From: Zygnema circumcarinatum SAG 698-1b
Lineage: Eukaryota > Plantae > Zygnematophyceae
DNA: 64,000 nucleotides
Reading direction: 5' to 3'
NCBI GenBank assembly: GCA_037447605.1
Contig: CM074809.1
Location: 293,628 to 357,627 of the forward strand
In this document: positions 34,473-46,120 of the stretch, piece by piece
How the letters are laid out: the number at the start of each line of letters is the position of its first letter
Position numbering within the stretch: the stretch's first letter is position 1
Notes under the pieces: model-generated
Told to the model about the DNA's origin: nothing
What the model saw: the letters and a program-made list of their open reading frames with translations, nothing else
The model's database searches: none
Made by a program: the position numbers and the translations under genes

Positions 34473-35859
34473 TACAGTAAGACATCGTACAGTATGAATT
34501 TTGTTGTACCTTTGTGTACGGCAACTGGCATTTATGTACGTGTTGGTCCAAGCTAGTCCCTTGTGCAAGGTTATGTATTTAAGTGGATATTTAAGGGAAC
34601 GGAGATGGGTGTGTTTGTTTATGGGATTTTAAGGGACGTTGCAAAACACCTCAAAAAAGGCGACCGTCGTGGCAGCTTCGAGGGAGGGCTTGAAGCGTTT
34701 GTTGAGCCTAAGCGTAGAATTTATCTCCAAGCTTTTTCCTTTTGTGCTTAGGTTCATAGCGACCAGTTCCTCGTGGTTCCCCATGCTGACTTTGTCCATG
34801 TACATTTGCCAGGACAATGCTCGGCTGTGTTTCGGCAAAGCCATGGCCATGGCCCAAGTCATGGGACCATAGGGCCATGTCCATGGCGAAACACCGTCGA
34901 ACATTGTCCAATGGCGAGCAGCCACGTACACGATGTTGTACACCTGGCGATTTTCCATTGGATCATGCTCAACCATAGTTCGCAGTGGATGTCTGAAGTT
35001 CTATGAGATGTTCGCTTGTGGGCATTCCCACCCATCCACACACCCTACTATTGTAAAGCTTGCGATGGCCTGCCAGGAATTAGAGGCAGGCAGTAGATGA
35101 ATTTTTTGTTTGTTAAAGATAAAATGCACCCCTTGTTCGTTAGCTCCCAGCAGTATGTGCGGACGCTACTTCCTGCGCCCCGCCCCTCCCCCCCTCTTCC
35201 CACTAGAGTCGCAACCTGTTGCAAACCCCAAGGCCGTGCATACTGTTCCTATAATTTGCACGTCTTGCTCTCAATTCTCTATCGCACTACATGACAATGC
35301 TCTCTCACCCTCTCCCTCTCTCTCACACCCANNNNNNNNNNCCCCCCCCCCCCCCCCCCCCCACCTCCCCGCCCACCTTCGACAAGCTACATCTTCCTCC
35401 ATCTCGTTCACCCCCCTCCAACTCTCTCCCTTCCCCTCGTCTCTCACTCTCCCCGATCTCTCCCTCGCCAGTTCCCTTCCCCCTCCTTTCCTCGCCCATA
35501 CATCTACCTCTCTCCTGGTTCTTCCACTCCTCGCCCCCTTCGTTTCCCTCACCGATTCTCTCACTGTTCATTCCCACAGCTTTCAGATCGACAGTAGCAG
35601 GAAGCACCGTGAAATGGCTCCAAATTCAGGCACAAACAAACAACCGGTCTTTGTTGAAAAAAAATGTGAGATATTACTCCATTAAATACAGAAGAAGAAA
35701 ACAAAGCGGGAATGGAGGGTGGGAATACCCATACGACTGTTACATTTTCTTTGAATGTAGCAATACAGGAGATCTAAAGCTATCCTTGAAATGAACAAAC
35801 GGCCGCCTCATTGAGAAACCCTTCGACATCATCGAGTACAGAATTCACACATGGGGTCT

Positions 35860-36301
35860 TTAATCTTCATATACCCTGCACTCGTCTGCCTCCGGGTTAT
35901 CATCGCAAAATTTCTCTAAGGGATCGGTCTTTCCCCGGGCTTTCGCATGTGCGGCCTCAGCACTGAGCTCCTCCACCTCGTCCCATGCGGCAGCACACTC
36001 CCCAGTGGTGCCTTCCTTGCAAACTTCCGTGGCAGCGGAAATCTTCTCCCCAATGGACTCATCAACCTGTGGTTAGCACACACGAGCCCTTTGTCAGCTT
36101 CCCTCTACCACTACCTCTTTCGCTCCTTCTCTCTCGCCCCTCCAACCTCAACTAGCTACGCCTTAAACCCCTCAGTGTGCACATGCACTCTTGGTTCAGA
36201 AAGGTTCAAAAAGTACTAGCGTGCAGTCCGAGACAGAAAAGAATAGCCTGGTTCGGTTTCTCCAAACCCAAGCGAGCGGGACATTTTGCAAACACGTAAA
36301 G

Positions 36302-36335
<34 letters not shown>

Positions 36336-36859
36336 GGGTTTGTGACATCCTGGTTCAAACCCTACGCTTAAAAATCCTCGAATCAGATTATCTGAGCTGG
36401 CGGCACAGCGCTTTGCAGTAAAACCATGCCCCGGAGACTCCTGGCCCTTAAGTTTATTTCATCTTCCCTTCGCTTCAAATACACGAGACATCATCCGATA
36501 TCCGGTAGTAAACATTGAACCGTGATTCATTATATCCATCGCTTTTCCTAACCTGGCAGGAACCAAACTTATGAAACCGTTCTTGTCACATACAAACCAT
36601 ACAGCATGCCCTAATAATCAGCCTGGAATCGAGATATATGCAACACTAATCATCTCACCTTCGGAGAAGCAGCTTTCACGACGAAGCGGGAAGCAAAAGG
36701 CTGCCTCTTTGCAGCCGCCTTCACACAGAGTCTGCATCCGAACACCTTGGACTGCGGGAGAGAGGCTTTGGTAGAAAGCTGCTCATATGAAGAAGAAGCA
36801 GAAGCTGCTGCTGCTGCCACCAATGGGGCGGTCGCTGATGCATGCAGAACAGCTGCCAT
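35860..36859 (-). CDS. CP12: Calvin cycle regulatory protein CP12 with chloroplast transit peptide; 2 exons
   Basis: Exons 36859-36659 and 36066-35860. The mature part contains CKEGTTGECAAAWDEVEELSA (AWDxVEE core) and DPLEKFCDDNPEADECRVYED*, with all four Cys. Confidence 0.95.
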
Positions 36860-38499
36860 TGTAAAAATTCAGAGAATCTGCATGTGCATACAGCAGAGGC
36901 AATAATTTTATGGTCAGCATTCGCGAGAAATTTCTGTGTTTCAATCTCTATGATGACAAAAAAGGTGATCAGAGAGGATTTCACAGGTCAGATGTACTAA
37001 CTGAGCAGCTTCACAGCTGCTTTGAGGTCATAACGCTGAAAACAACATGCAGCACACAATAGTGAAAAGTGCATAAGCTAAAGCGGCGGAACAACCATCC
37101 TGCTCCTGTCTTCAGTTCATCCGAAACTCCTCTCCCTCTTCCACTCCCTCTCTCGCTCTCCCTCTCTCCCTCTCCCCCTCCCTCTCCCTCTCCCTCTCCC
37201 CCTCTCCCTCTCCCTCTCCCACTGCCACTGCATGCGACAAAGTTTCCAACTCAAATCGAGCATGTGCCTCTCCAAACATGTTGCTCTCATATCACTAAGG
37301 GTCATGCCGAAGGAGATATTGAATCCTAAACTGATGACCACACAGAGCACGAAAAAGCAAAACAGAAACTCTTGCAACACCATCGACTTCGTGCTGCAGC
37401 GAGAAAAAAACACAGCAATTAGAAAAAAGGAGAGAGATAAGCACCTACCGCTTCTACCGCCTGCTGTTCTTGCTTGCTTCAACCTGCTCCCGGAAAAAAA
37501 ATGAACTCCGAGATCTAAGCTTTAGACTTTCACAGAGAATTTCAAGAAAAAATGGATGATATGAGAACGATAGGGAAATGTGACGATGTGGACTTTAAGG
37601 ACTGATCAAAATAATTTAAATAATAATAATAATTTCAGCATGGGTCTGGAAATCCTGCCAGATCTGGCGCCCTGCACTTTCCTTTGATGGTGCGGACGCA
37701 GGTCCGAATGTTCTCGTGCATTCAAACAAATTACATACGGGAAACAACATTGGAACGAAATTTCAAATACGGGCAGATCTGAAGCGATTGGAAAATTGCT
37801 AAATGAATAGATCGACGGTCCGAATCAACGTAATCCCTACTTTCCCCTCCGATAACTTTTCAACTGAAAACGTTTCTCCAGCTGCCCGTTTTTTAAGAAA
37901 ACTTAAAAACAATTTCTCCTTTTTCCTCGATATTTTATGCAGCCACGCCGTCCAGATATTTTGAGACTGCCCGCTCGACCCCCATTGGCTGGCCGTCTTT
38001 CAAGAGATTCTCCAGCCACAGACTTCCCGTCACGTGGCACCGATATTTGCCCGACCGCGACACGTGTGGCTTCCTTAGGCTTCGCCTACTAGAAGGTTTC
38101 CAAGAACTGTGACAATATGTCACACTCCATGTACGCCCCGTTCTGTGCAGCGTATTACTGGTGAATTAACTAAAAGTAAGTCAGTCAGTCAATATTTCTT
38201 GAACAGGGCAATTTAGTCATGAGACTACGTTGCTATGGACACTACTTGGGAAAGTCAATTGACCAAATTACAGCTAAGACATTCAGTTCAGGAATTCGAC
38301 TAAAGTAGTGACAGATACGACCACCAGTCCGTTTAAAACTTGTTGCTCCATGTGTCCCAGCAGGTCTCTCAACGGAACTGGGACTGGTTCCGTTCCCGAT
38401 GCAGCGGCACTTGCGTAAGCAAGCGACTGCTGCGACCGTGGCCGACCGCGGCTGCCGCTAGAGCCGTGTTGGCCTTGGATCCTTTGAGGGGGACTCCTC

Positions 38500-39020
38500 G
38501 GGGTTTCCCAATGTTGTCGTTGTTAATGTTGGTGTCCATGTACCATGTCATTCCATGCATGTTCATGCCATGCGTGCTCGTGGTTTCCCCATGTTGTCGT
38601 TGTTAATGTTGGTGTCCATGCACCATGTCATTCCATGCATCATGTCCATGCCATGCGTCCTCATGGTTTCCCCATGTTGTCGTTGTTAATGTTGGTGTCC
38701 ATGTACCATGTCATTCCATGCATGTTCATGCCATGCGTGCTCGTGGTTTCCCCATGTTGTCGTTGTTAATGTTGGTGTCCATGCACCATGTCATTCCATG
38801 CATCATGTCCATGCCATGCGTCCTCATGGTTTCCCCATGTTGTCGTTGTTAATGTTGGTGTCCATGTACCATGTCATTCCATGCATCATGTCCATGCCAT
38901 GCGTCCTCATGGTTTCCCCATGTTGTCGTTGTTAATGTTGGTGTCCATGTACCATGTCATTCCATGCATCATGTCCATGCCATGCGTCCTCATGGTTTCC
39001 CCATGTTATGGCATGCATCA
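38500..39020. repeat. 80/83-bp tandem repeat, about 6 copies, CATG-rich
   Basis: Unit GGTTTCCCCATGTTGTCGTTGTTAATGTTGGTGTCCATG(T/C)ACCATGTCATTCCATGCAT...CCATGCGT. Confidence 0.9.
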
Positions 39021-39238
39021 TGTCTATGCCATACATGAGACCCTTGCCATCATTGCCTTCATAATGCGCCATGCACAACGAATTGTCTAGGGCGTGTCTA
39101 GGCGCACACCCGAGAGCGAGGTTTTTATTGCCCAAATTGTTGCAAGCCAATCAGAAGCCGTCTACAGTTCGTGCTGACTCGGATGAGTAGACCCTTTGCC
39201 ACGTAGACAGAGAGTACTGTACTCTCAAATTTCAAGTA

Positions 39239-42200
39239 CAGTAGGGGGTCCTCATATTTTCCACCCTGGTTCCGGGCAAAATGAGGCAAAAATATTAAAT
39301 TTGCATATATAAGGTTCATATTCCAATAGGACGGGCAGTGTTATGTGCTGCAGTACAGTGAACAGTTAGTGGTCATGCATGTAATGCATTCAAGGGTCTG
39401 ATGTGAGAGCACCAGAAAGACTGAAGGAAGGCAGCAGGTGTCACATAACCGGCCTGACTCGGCAATCCGCGTCCGTTTTCATTGTCTTGACATGTTGTGC
39501 CTACATGCACGACCAGCATGATCCAGAGTGCGGCAGGAGGTGCAAGCGAGCGGCATCTGACGCCACGGAGCGCACACCATCCAAGCTCCCACGCACTCGG
39601 ACGGGCAGGAGTGACAATGTCATCAGTGACATCCCCGAAGGTTCCAGCAGTGAGCAGGCCCCTAATGGCATGACCAGGCTGCTGCTAAGGCTAGAGTTAT
39701 TTTGTCAATGCTAAGTAGATGGGATGTCAGTGATGCTTGTTTGTCGTTTAGTGTGTTGATCTGATCTGTATTTGTATGTATTAGTTTGTTATCTTGTTTT
39801 TTTTATTTGCTTGATAGACGGCAATGTAAGTGTGAGAGAAGAGAGAGTTTGATCCCCTGATGAGGGAGAGAGAAGAGGAAAGTTTTTGTTCTTGATGGTA
39901 GTGGCATTGCATCATAGGCAGGGCAAAGACTGAGTGCAGAGGCACTTTCCTGTAATGGCAATCCCCAGCAGCAGTCAGCTGGCATGGCCTTTGGAACCTC
40001 AACCATTATATAATGATGTATTTGCCTTGTATCAATTTACAAGCCTCCATGTATGTATGTACATGCTCAATGGCAATGGTGATGGTAAAGTATCATGAGG
40101 GCTCACAGGAGAGGGACAGAGAAGGCCCAGCAGACGGCTCTCATGGGTTGTCAGCCACAAGATGAAGCATTTCAGGTGCAGGTTACTCACTCCCAGGCAC
40201 TCTGGATGTGCAGATGCCTGGCTTTGTCATGACGGCAAGGTGACAGTCTTCATGACCTCAGCACGGCAGGATGGCATAACACATTTGGTCATGGCAGTGC
40301 TTGGGTCCCTCAGCCTTTCTTGTTCTCATTTGAGGCTGAAAGTTCCAAATTACAGGGTGCTGTACTTGGATAATAAGTCTCAACACTCTGACCACATGCA
40401 CAGCAGTGATGAAAGCCCAGTGAAGAAGGACAAGTGGCCATCTCAGTGATGCTGGGATGAGGCTTCAGAGTGTCAAGGACGGGCGGAGTCAGAAATGCAA
40501 GGGACAGATTTTCAAGGCTCAGAGGAAGGCAAGGAGACTGAAGATGGGCATCACGAGGGACCAGATGCCAACTGGCTTACCTGGGCAGACGATCGATTGG
40601 AGAACAGTAGCTGCATGTGGGCAGTGATGGCCATGAACTTCGATCGCGATGTCACAGATGCGTCAAGCTGCAGCCTCCCAGCCAACCCTTAAGGGCCGCA
40701 GATGCCGGTGAAGAGGGGGTGCGTCCGAACATGAGATCCCCACGCCAGGCGCGACCCACGGGATCTCAGTCGAATAACTACTGCACCAGGAGTCCCTTCC
40801 AGCACAGCAGCGGCACGCAGTCCCACAGCAGAACAGGGGATTCCTCAGAAGACACCCTCACCTCCGGCGTTCACAACTTACCCATCCGGCAGCCCCATGC
40901 GAGCGGCTTCAGGGCAAAGGCAGGACGATCGCAAGGCCCCTCCTGCTTTCGCACCAACCTGCAGAGAAGCACACGTGTCAATCCTGAGGACTCCCAGCGG
41001 GGTGGAAGAGATGATGACAAACTGATATCCATGATCCTAAAAAGAGTGAGATGAAGGATGCCACAGGCATCATCACAAGAGAGCTTCACCGCAAGCAGGA
41101 AGATGCAGAAGCTTGGCTGAGACACCTTGAGGAGAAGGCAGCGCAAGCAGACCTGAAGGAGGACCAGTGGATCAAGCTGGCCCTTGGAGCGCTGGAAGGC
41201 GAGGCAGTCAACTGGAAGCTCTCCCGAAGACTGGCACAAAGCGAGATCTGGTCGGGCACCCTGACAAGGACACATTCAACAAGCTTGGGCAGGCAGTTGG
41301 ATCTTAGGATGCAATCAGCTATATTAAGACCAACTCCGCTACGTAGAATGCTGCAGTGATCGGCAAGCCCTTTGAACTCAGTAAGCGTTTTATGCGCCAT
41401 GGCAGACCCGATGGAACTTGCCTGACTTCCCGAAGTTCTCAGTGGTTCCGCAAGGCCGCCAGCGAGGAAGGACCTGCAGGTCGGATCATGAGCTGCAACA
41501 ACCACCACGGGTCCCAGGCCTTGTTCGCAGAAAGGGCGGAGCGAGGTTAGAAGGATCAAGAGAGAGGCAACCGACATGTACGACCACATTACATGAATGC
41601 AACAGATCCACGACAAGATCGACTCTACCAGCAGTTCCTGAAGACACAGAATCAGCAGTTGTATGATCCCTACGCTACATCTTCTCGGAACAAGCCTTCT
41701 TTCTCCGGCATCACTGCTCAGGACGTCCGGGCAGCCCTTGTGGTTCAGCCTCTGGCCATAGCCAGCACGACCAAGCCCCTTCCCCTTTCCCCATACCCTC
41801 ATGATCCTGCGCATCCCATCGAGCCGTCGGTGAATCCTCACATACCCGATGTTTCTCATCCAGGATATCGGGGTCCTTACTCCGATCGAACACCCGAAGA
41901 GAGAGAAGCCGCCAGAGCCGATTTGCGCCGTCGGATGACAGAGGCAGGGGTTCCAGAGGGCGTTTGCCTTGCTTGCGGCTTGAATCACAATCCGCGGCTG
42001 CGTTGTGGACCATGGACCTGCACCTTCTGCCAGATCACGGGACATGATGCCCGTGTATGCATGCGGAGACTCTCAAGTGAGAAGGCCCGAAAGGGGAAAG
42101 AGGCAGCTGCAGGGAGCTCACCTGCAGAGATCACCTTCATGGACATGCTCCCGGCTACTCACACACCACCAAGAACTCCGGCTCCCTTTCGCTCGCCTCC

Positions 42201-44029
42201 ACCTCCTTCACCCGCTTATACCATCCTGCAACGTCCGCCTATCCATCTGCACCCCATGGACTCCCCTTCACTGACAAACGCATTGGGTGCTGAGCCCGAT
42301 CCTGCTGCCCGCTCACGCACTGCCCAGATTGCCGCAGCATTGCAACCGGCTTGGTCCGAATCCCCCATCACTTCTGAAGAAGGTGCTCAAGCCCGGATCG
42401 CCGAGATTGCAACTGCCTTGCGCAGGCTCNNNNNNNNNNACCTTATGCCGATTCCACAGAACCTCACTCAGCTCAAGTCTTTCTTGGGACTCACCTCATT
42501 CTATCGCCGGTTCATCAAGGGCTATGCCCTTATCGCGCGTCCCCTACATGCCTTGGAGAAGCACGGAGTCCACTACGAATGGAGCCGAGCGCAGGATCTG
42601 GCCTTCCAGGCGCTCAAGAGTGCCCTCCTTCAGGCTCCTTGTCTGCATCAATTCGACCCCACCCTGCCCACCATCATTGACGCTGACTGGAGTCAGACGG
42701 GCTTTGGGGCAGTGGCCAGTCAAGCATTCTCGGATGGGGAACACCCGGTCAGTTATGCTAGCAGGGTTTGTTTGGAAACCGAGACCAAGTACAGCCCTAC
42801 TGAGGGTGAGGCCGCGGCTATCCTCTGGGCACTTGAGAAGTTCAAGCTCTTTACAGCCTACCAGCCCATTGTCATTCGGACTGACCACATGCCCCTCACT
42901 TGGCTGCACATTATGGCTACCCTACGCCCTAAGTTTGCACGATGGGTGATGAAGTTGGAGGAGTATAATGTACTCAAGGTCACTCACCGTCCCGGCCGTA
43001 GTCACGGCAATGCTGACGGCCTCAGTCGCAATCCCTCGGCTCCCCTCCTCTGTCACGATCCGGCCGTTCCTGAACCCATCCCTCCACCCACCCTCTTGAA
43101 CCCTGAGCATCTTCCCATTGAGATTTTTATTGCCGCTCAAGCCCTGCATGATGTCCTATTCGCAGATGGGCTGATCGATATTCCGGCCACCGCCACCACC
43201 CTCCATCGCTGGGAGGACCCTGACTTCACCCACGGCCACCCCCATGCGGATCCGTGGGAACTCCTCATGGATGACGATGGCGACGCTCCCTTACTTCCTC
43301 CCCATTTCCCCAGCGCCAATGACGTCCATTCAGACTCCTCCCTTCTGCGCTACGTCATGACCCGCACGTTGCCCCCTTTTATCACGGACACCGAGAGGGC
43401 TCGGCTGCTCCGCCGCGCTCGGAACTTCTCTGTCGATGATGACGGACAGATTCTTTACCTACCCTCCGGCCTTCCTGTTCCATTTCCCAACGAGCGCATG
43501 GAGATTCTGGATGTCGCCCACGATTCCCAGCCCGGCGGATTCCACCTTGGCCAGAAGAAGATGGTCGCCCTGCTGCAGGAGCGCTACTATTGGCCCGGCC
43601 TCCATGGCGCGGTGAGCCGCTACATCGAAACCTGCACCCGCTGCCAACGNNNNNNNNNNCCTCTGAATCTCCCGGATCCTGGCTCTATGCTGCAGGCAGA
43701 CCCACAGAACCAACCCAACCCTTCATTAGTTTCAGCACGGACGCGCGAGTGGCCGTACAGCACCTACAACTAGCTCAGCAGTCTCCTCTTAACCCCACTT
43801 ATCTTGTGCTACAGAGCGCCTCTTACGGCGACACGAGCGGGGAGATTAGGTGAGTTTTGCGTAAGCCGGTAACGGCTAGTACAGATAGTACGGACAGTAC
43901 GAACAGTACGAACGGTACGGAAAGTATGGCTAACACAAGTTACCGTACAAAAAAGTGGTTTCGGCAAAATTGGGGCGAAAATATTGAGGGCGCACTCCTT
44001 GGGGTGGTAAATACGAGGACCCCCCACTG
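39239..44029. mobile_element. Second copy of the Tc1-type MITE (opposite orientation), split by a Ty3/gypsy insertion
   Basis: TA|CAGTAGGGGGTCCTCATATTTTCCACCC ... GGGTGGTAAATACGAGGACCCCCCACTG|TA. Arms 39239-39338 and 43814-44029 align by eye to the two ends of 33130-34472. Confidence 0.75.
39339..43813 (+). mobile_element. Decayed Ty3/gypsy LTR retrotransposon (gag, CCHC knuckle, RT C-terminus/RNase H, integrase Zn finger), with two gaps
   Basis: Gag-like EDAEAWL...ALGALEGEAVNW at 41051-41359, followed by stops. CTFCQITGHDARVC knuckle. LKSFLGLTSFYRRFI, IIDADWS, YSPTEGEA, RTDH, NADGLSR (RT/RNase H). H..H..C..C integrase motif (HLGQKKM..RYYWP..CTRCQ). The insert begins TG (39339) and ends CA (43813), but no LTR pair or TSD could be confirmed. 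Confidence 0.85.
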
Positions 44030-44530
44030 TACAGGCTATTCACGTTATAGTGATCGTGTTGGTCCCCAGACTCCCCACATATTTGTGTCACTATATCAGT
44101 AATGACCCGTTTGTCATTTTACATTTATAGTGATAATGTTATTACAGATGTGTTGCCCAGATGTATATCCGTACACCTTTGATCCCGTACATTGTACTTT
44201 TTGGGCAGTCGTCTCGTGGGTACAGTACTGTAGGTGTCTACGAACCCTAGTGAGCATGTGTACTGTACTGTCAAGTTGATATGCAGTGTACGATCAAGTC
44301 GATATCTGACGGTATGTTTCGATAATATGTACGGTCGTAATATATTTCTAATGTATATTCCGATACGTGGGTGGATAATATCGACAATTTGAATATATAG
44401 TAACAATTAGGGCTAAAAACCTAAAAACCCTAAAAACAACTGCAAAAAAATTACATCAAATGTTTGGCATACAAAGCAAAAACACAAAAACTTTAAATAA
44501 ATAAAAATAGAAGAATAAATAAACACTGCA

Positions 44531-44601
44531 AGTCAAAGAGGGCATTTGAACCCCTTTATTACTGTTTTGCAACAGTTGCGTAACCAATCCGCCACTTTGA
44601 C
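44531..44601 (-). ncRNA. tRNA-like cloverleaf (pseudo-tRNA / intronic tRNA-like structure), anticodon-like GCA
   Basis: Minus strand GTCAAAG TG GCGGATTGGTTACGC A ACTGTTGCAAAACAGT AATAA AGGGGTTCAAATGCCCT CTTTGAC T. Perfect 7-bp acceptor stem, A box TGGCGGATTGG, T loop TTCAAAT. The anticodon loop is 6 nt and position 61 is G rather than C. Confidence 0.75.
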
Positions 44602-44727
44602 TTAATGGGGAGGGGGAGGAATAACATACAGTCATACACACAACACAAGCATAAGCAAAGGAATGAGAGGCGCAAGCAAAGGCAAGGGCAACACAGCAAG
44701 GGAGGCAGGGGCGAGAGGAAAGGGAGG

Positions 44728-45303
44728 CAGAATGCGAAGTGCGGAATGCGGAATGCGAAATGCGGAATGCGGAATGCGCAATACGGAATGCGGAATGCGA
44801 AATGCAGAATGCGGAATGCGGATATGGGGAATGCGGAATGCCGAATGCCGAATAGGGAATGCGGAATGCGGAATGCGTAATGCGGAATGCGGAATGCGGA
44901 TATGGAGAATGCAGAATGCCGAATGCCAAATGGGGAATGCGGAATGTGGAATGCGGAATGAAGAATGCAGAATGCAGAATGCAGAATGCGAAATGTAGAA
45001 TGCAGAATGCGGAATGGGGAATGCGGAATGGGGAATGCGGAATGGCGAATGCCGAATGCCGAATGCCAAATGCGAAATGCGGAATGCGGAGTGCGAAGTG
45101 CAGAATGCGAAATGTGGAATGCGGAATGCGGAATGCGGAATGCGGAATGCGGAATGCCGAATGGGGAATGCGGAATGCGGAATGCGGAATGCGGAATGCA
45201 GAATGCGGAATGCGGAATGCGGAATGCGGAATGCGGAATGCGGAATGCGGAATGCGGAATGCGGAATGCGGAATGGGGAATGCGGAATGCCGAATGCCGA
45301 ATG
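44728..45303. repeat. 7-bp (GCGGAAT)n degenerate array
   Basis: About 575 bp; source of the RIPHSAF and MRNAECG pseudo-ORFs. It lies in the putative intron that holds the tRNA-like element. Confidence 0.95.
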
Positions 45304-46019
45304 GGAAACAGAGAGGGAGAGACAAGGAGGGAGACAGCAACAGAGGGGAGTAGAGAGGGAGTACTTCTTCGCCTTGGCGTCTTCGCTTACCACTCTCCCG
45401 TGGTGCTCGCGGTTGCCGCAAAGAGGGCGCTGGTGTTGGGGGGAAGCGAAACCCTAAAACTGTGCCAGACCTGAAACGCTGCTCTTTGCGGCGTCCGAGC
45501 GGCGGCGGTGAGGCCCTCGCACGTGCGTGACGCGTATGGCGACAAGGCGGGGCACGATTTCCTCATCGGCGGATTGCTGCCTTTTCAACAAAACCGAAAC
45601 GGAATCGACTTATTTGGGGCCCTTTCCGTAACCCTTTTTCGTAGTACGGACGGGACAGACAGGTTCGGGGGAGCCACGGTTTCCGACCCGAATTCTGAAT
45701 CGAAGTCAATACCTTTTCGCAAAGGGAATCTTTCAATTTCGAAGCGATGGTCAAGGTCTGACTCCCCCTAATACGCGGGCGGTATTATGTTAGTCCAGCC
45801 TGCGGCCGTACTGTTTCTCTCTGTACGGAAGCGCATGGCCGCCCGGCGGGCCCTGTCGCGAGCTCCTATTGGTGCCGTACATATACCGTACGATTTTGAG
45901 ATTGTGTTCGTACGTACCGTACAGATAAATAGCGTGACCCATGTTCGAAATCCGCTTTGATTAACAGATTTTGTATTGAAAAATAGGCCAGGTTAGGTTA
46001 ACAGCCCTAATACATTGAC

Positions 46020-46120
46020 ACAGACTTACCGTACTAAAAGTGGTTTCGGCAAAATCAGGGCGATTTTCTTGGGCAACGCAAGTACTGTACTGTACTAGGG
46101 TGGAAAATATTAGGGGCGCG
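46020..46120. mobile_element. Partial third copy of the GTAC-rich Tc1-type MITE arm
   Basis: TTACCGTACTAAAAGTGGTTTCGGCAAAATCAGGGCG..GGGTGGAAAATAT matches 43940-44000 and the reverse complement of 33145-33220. Confidence 0.6.

Larger units (their letters stand above)
44439..45565 (-). ncRNA. Putative spliced non-coding host transcript of the tRNA-like element
   Basis: Donor GAGAGTG|GTAAGC at 45391/45390 and acceptor TTTTTTTGCAG at 44441-44440. The GC-rich exon 1 has an 11-bp stem (45415-45425 with 45482-45492), a telo-box and only a short ORF under 60 codons. Transcript ends are unknown. Confidence 0.35.

Noticed and set aside
34629-34976. 115-aa ORF and neighbours in a CCATG-rich region
   Set aside because: There is no homology signal or splice support; it is probably repeat-derived.
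39640-39690. Primer-binding site of the retroelement (TGGCATGACC)
   Set aside because: It does not match any tRNA 3' end I can recall and is not preceded by a verifiable LTR end.
44728-45303. Heat-shock element array or RIPHSAF/MRNAECG repeat protein
   Set aside because: The GAA units are direct 7-bp repeats, not alternating nGAAn/nTTCn, and the ORFs appear in several frames on both strands.
45415-45492. Telomerase RNA candidate (+ strand AAACCCTAAAAC enclosed by an 11-bp stem)
   Set aside because: There is no USE/TATA type-3 promoter upstream and no evident pseudoknot or T-run terminator. The same telo-box occurs many times in the window.
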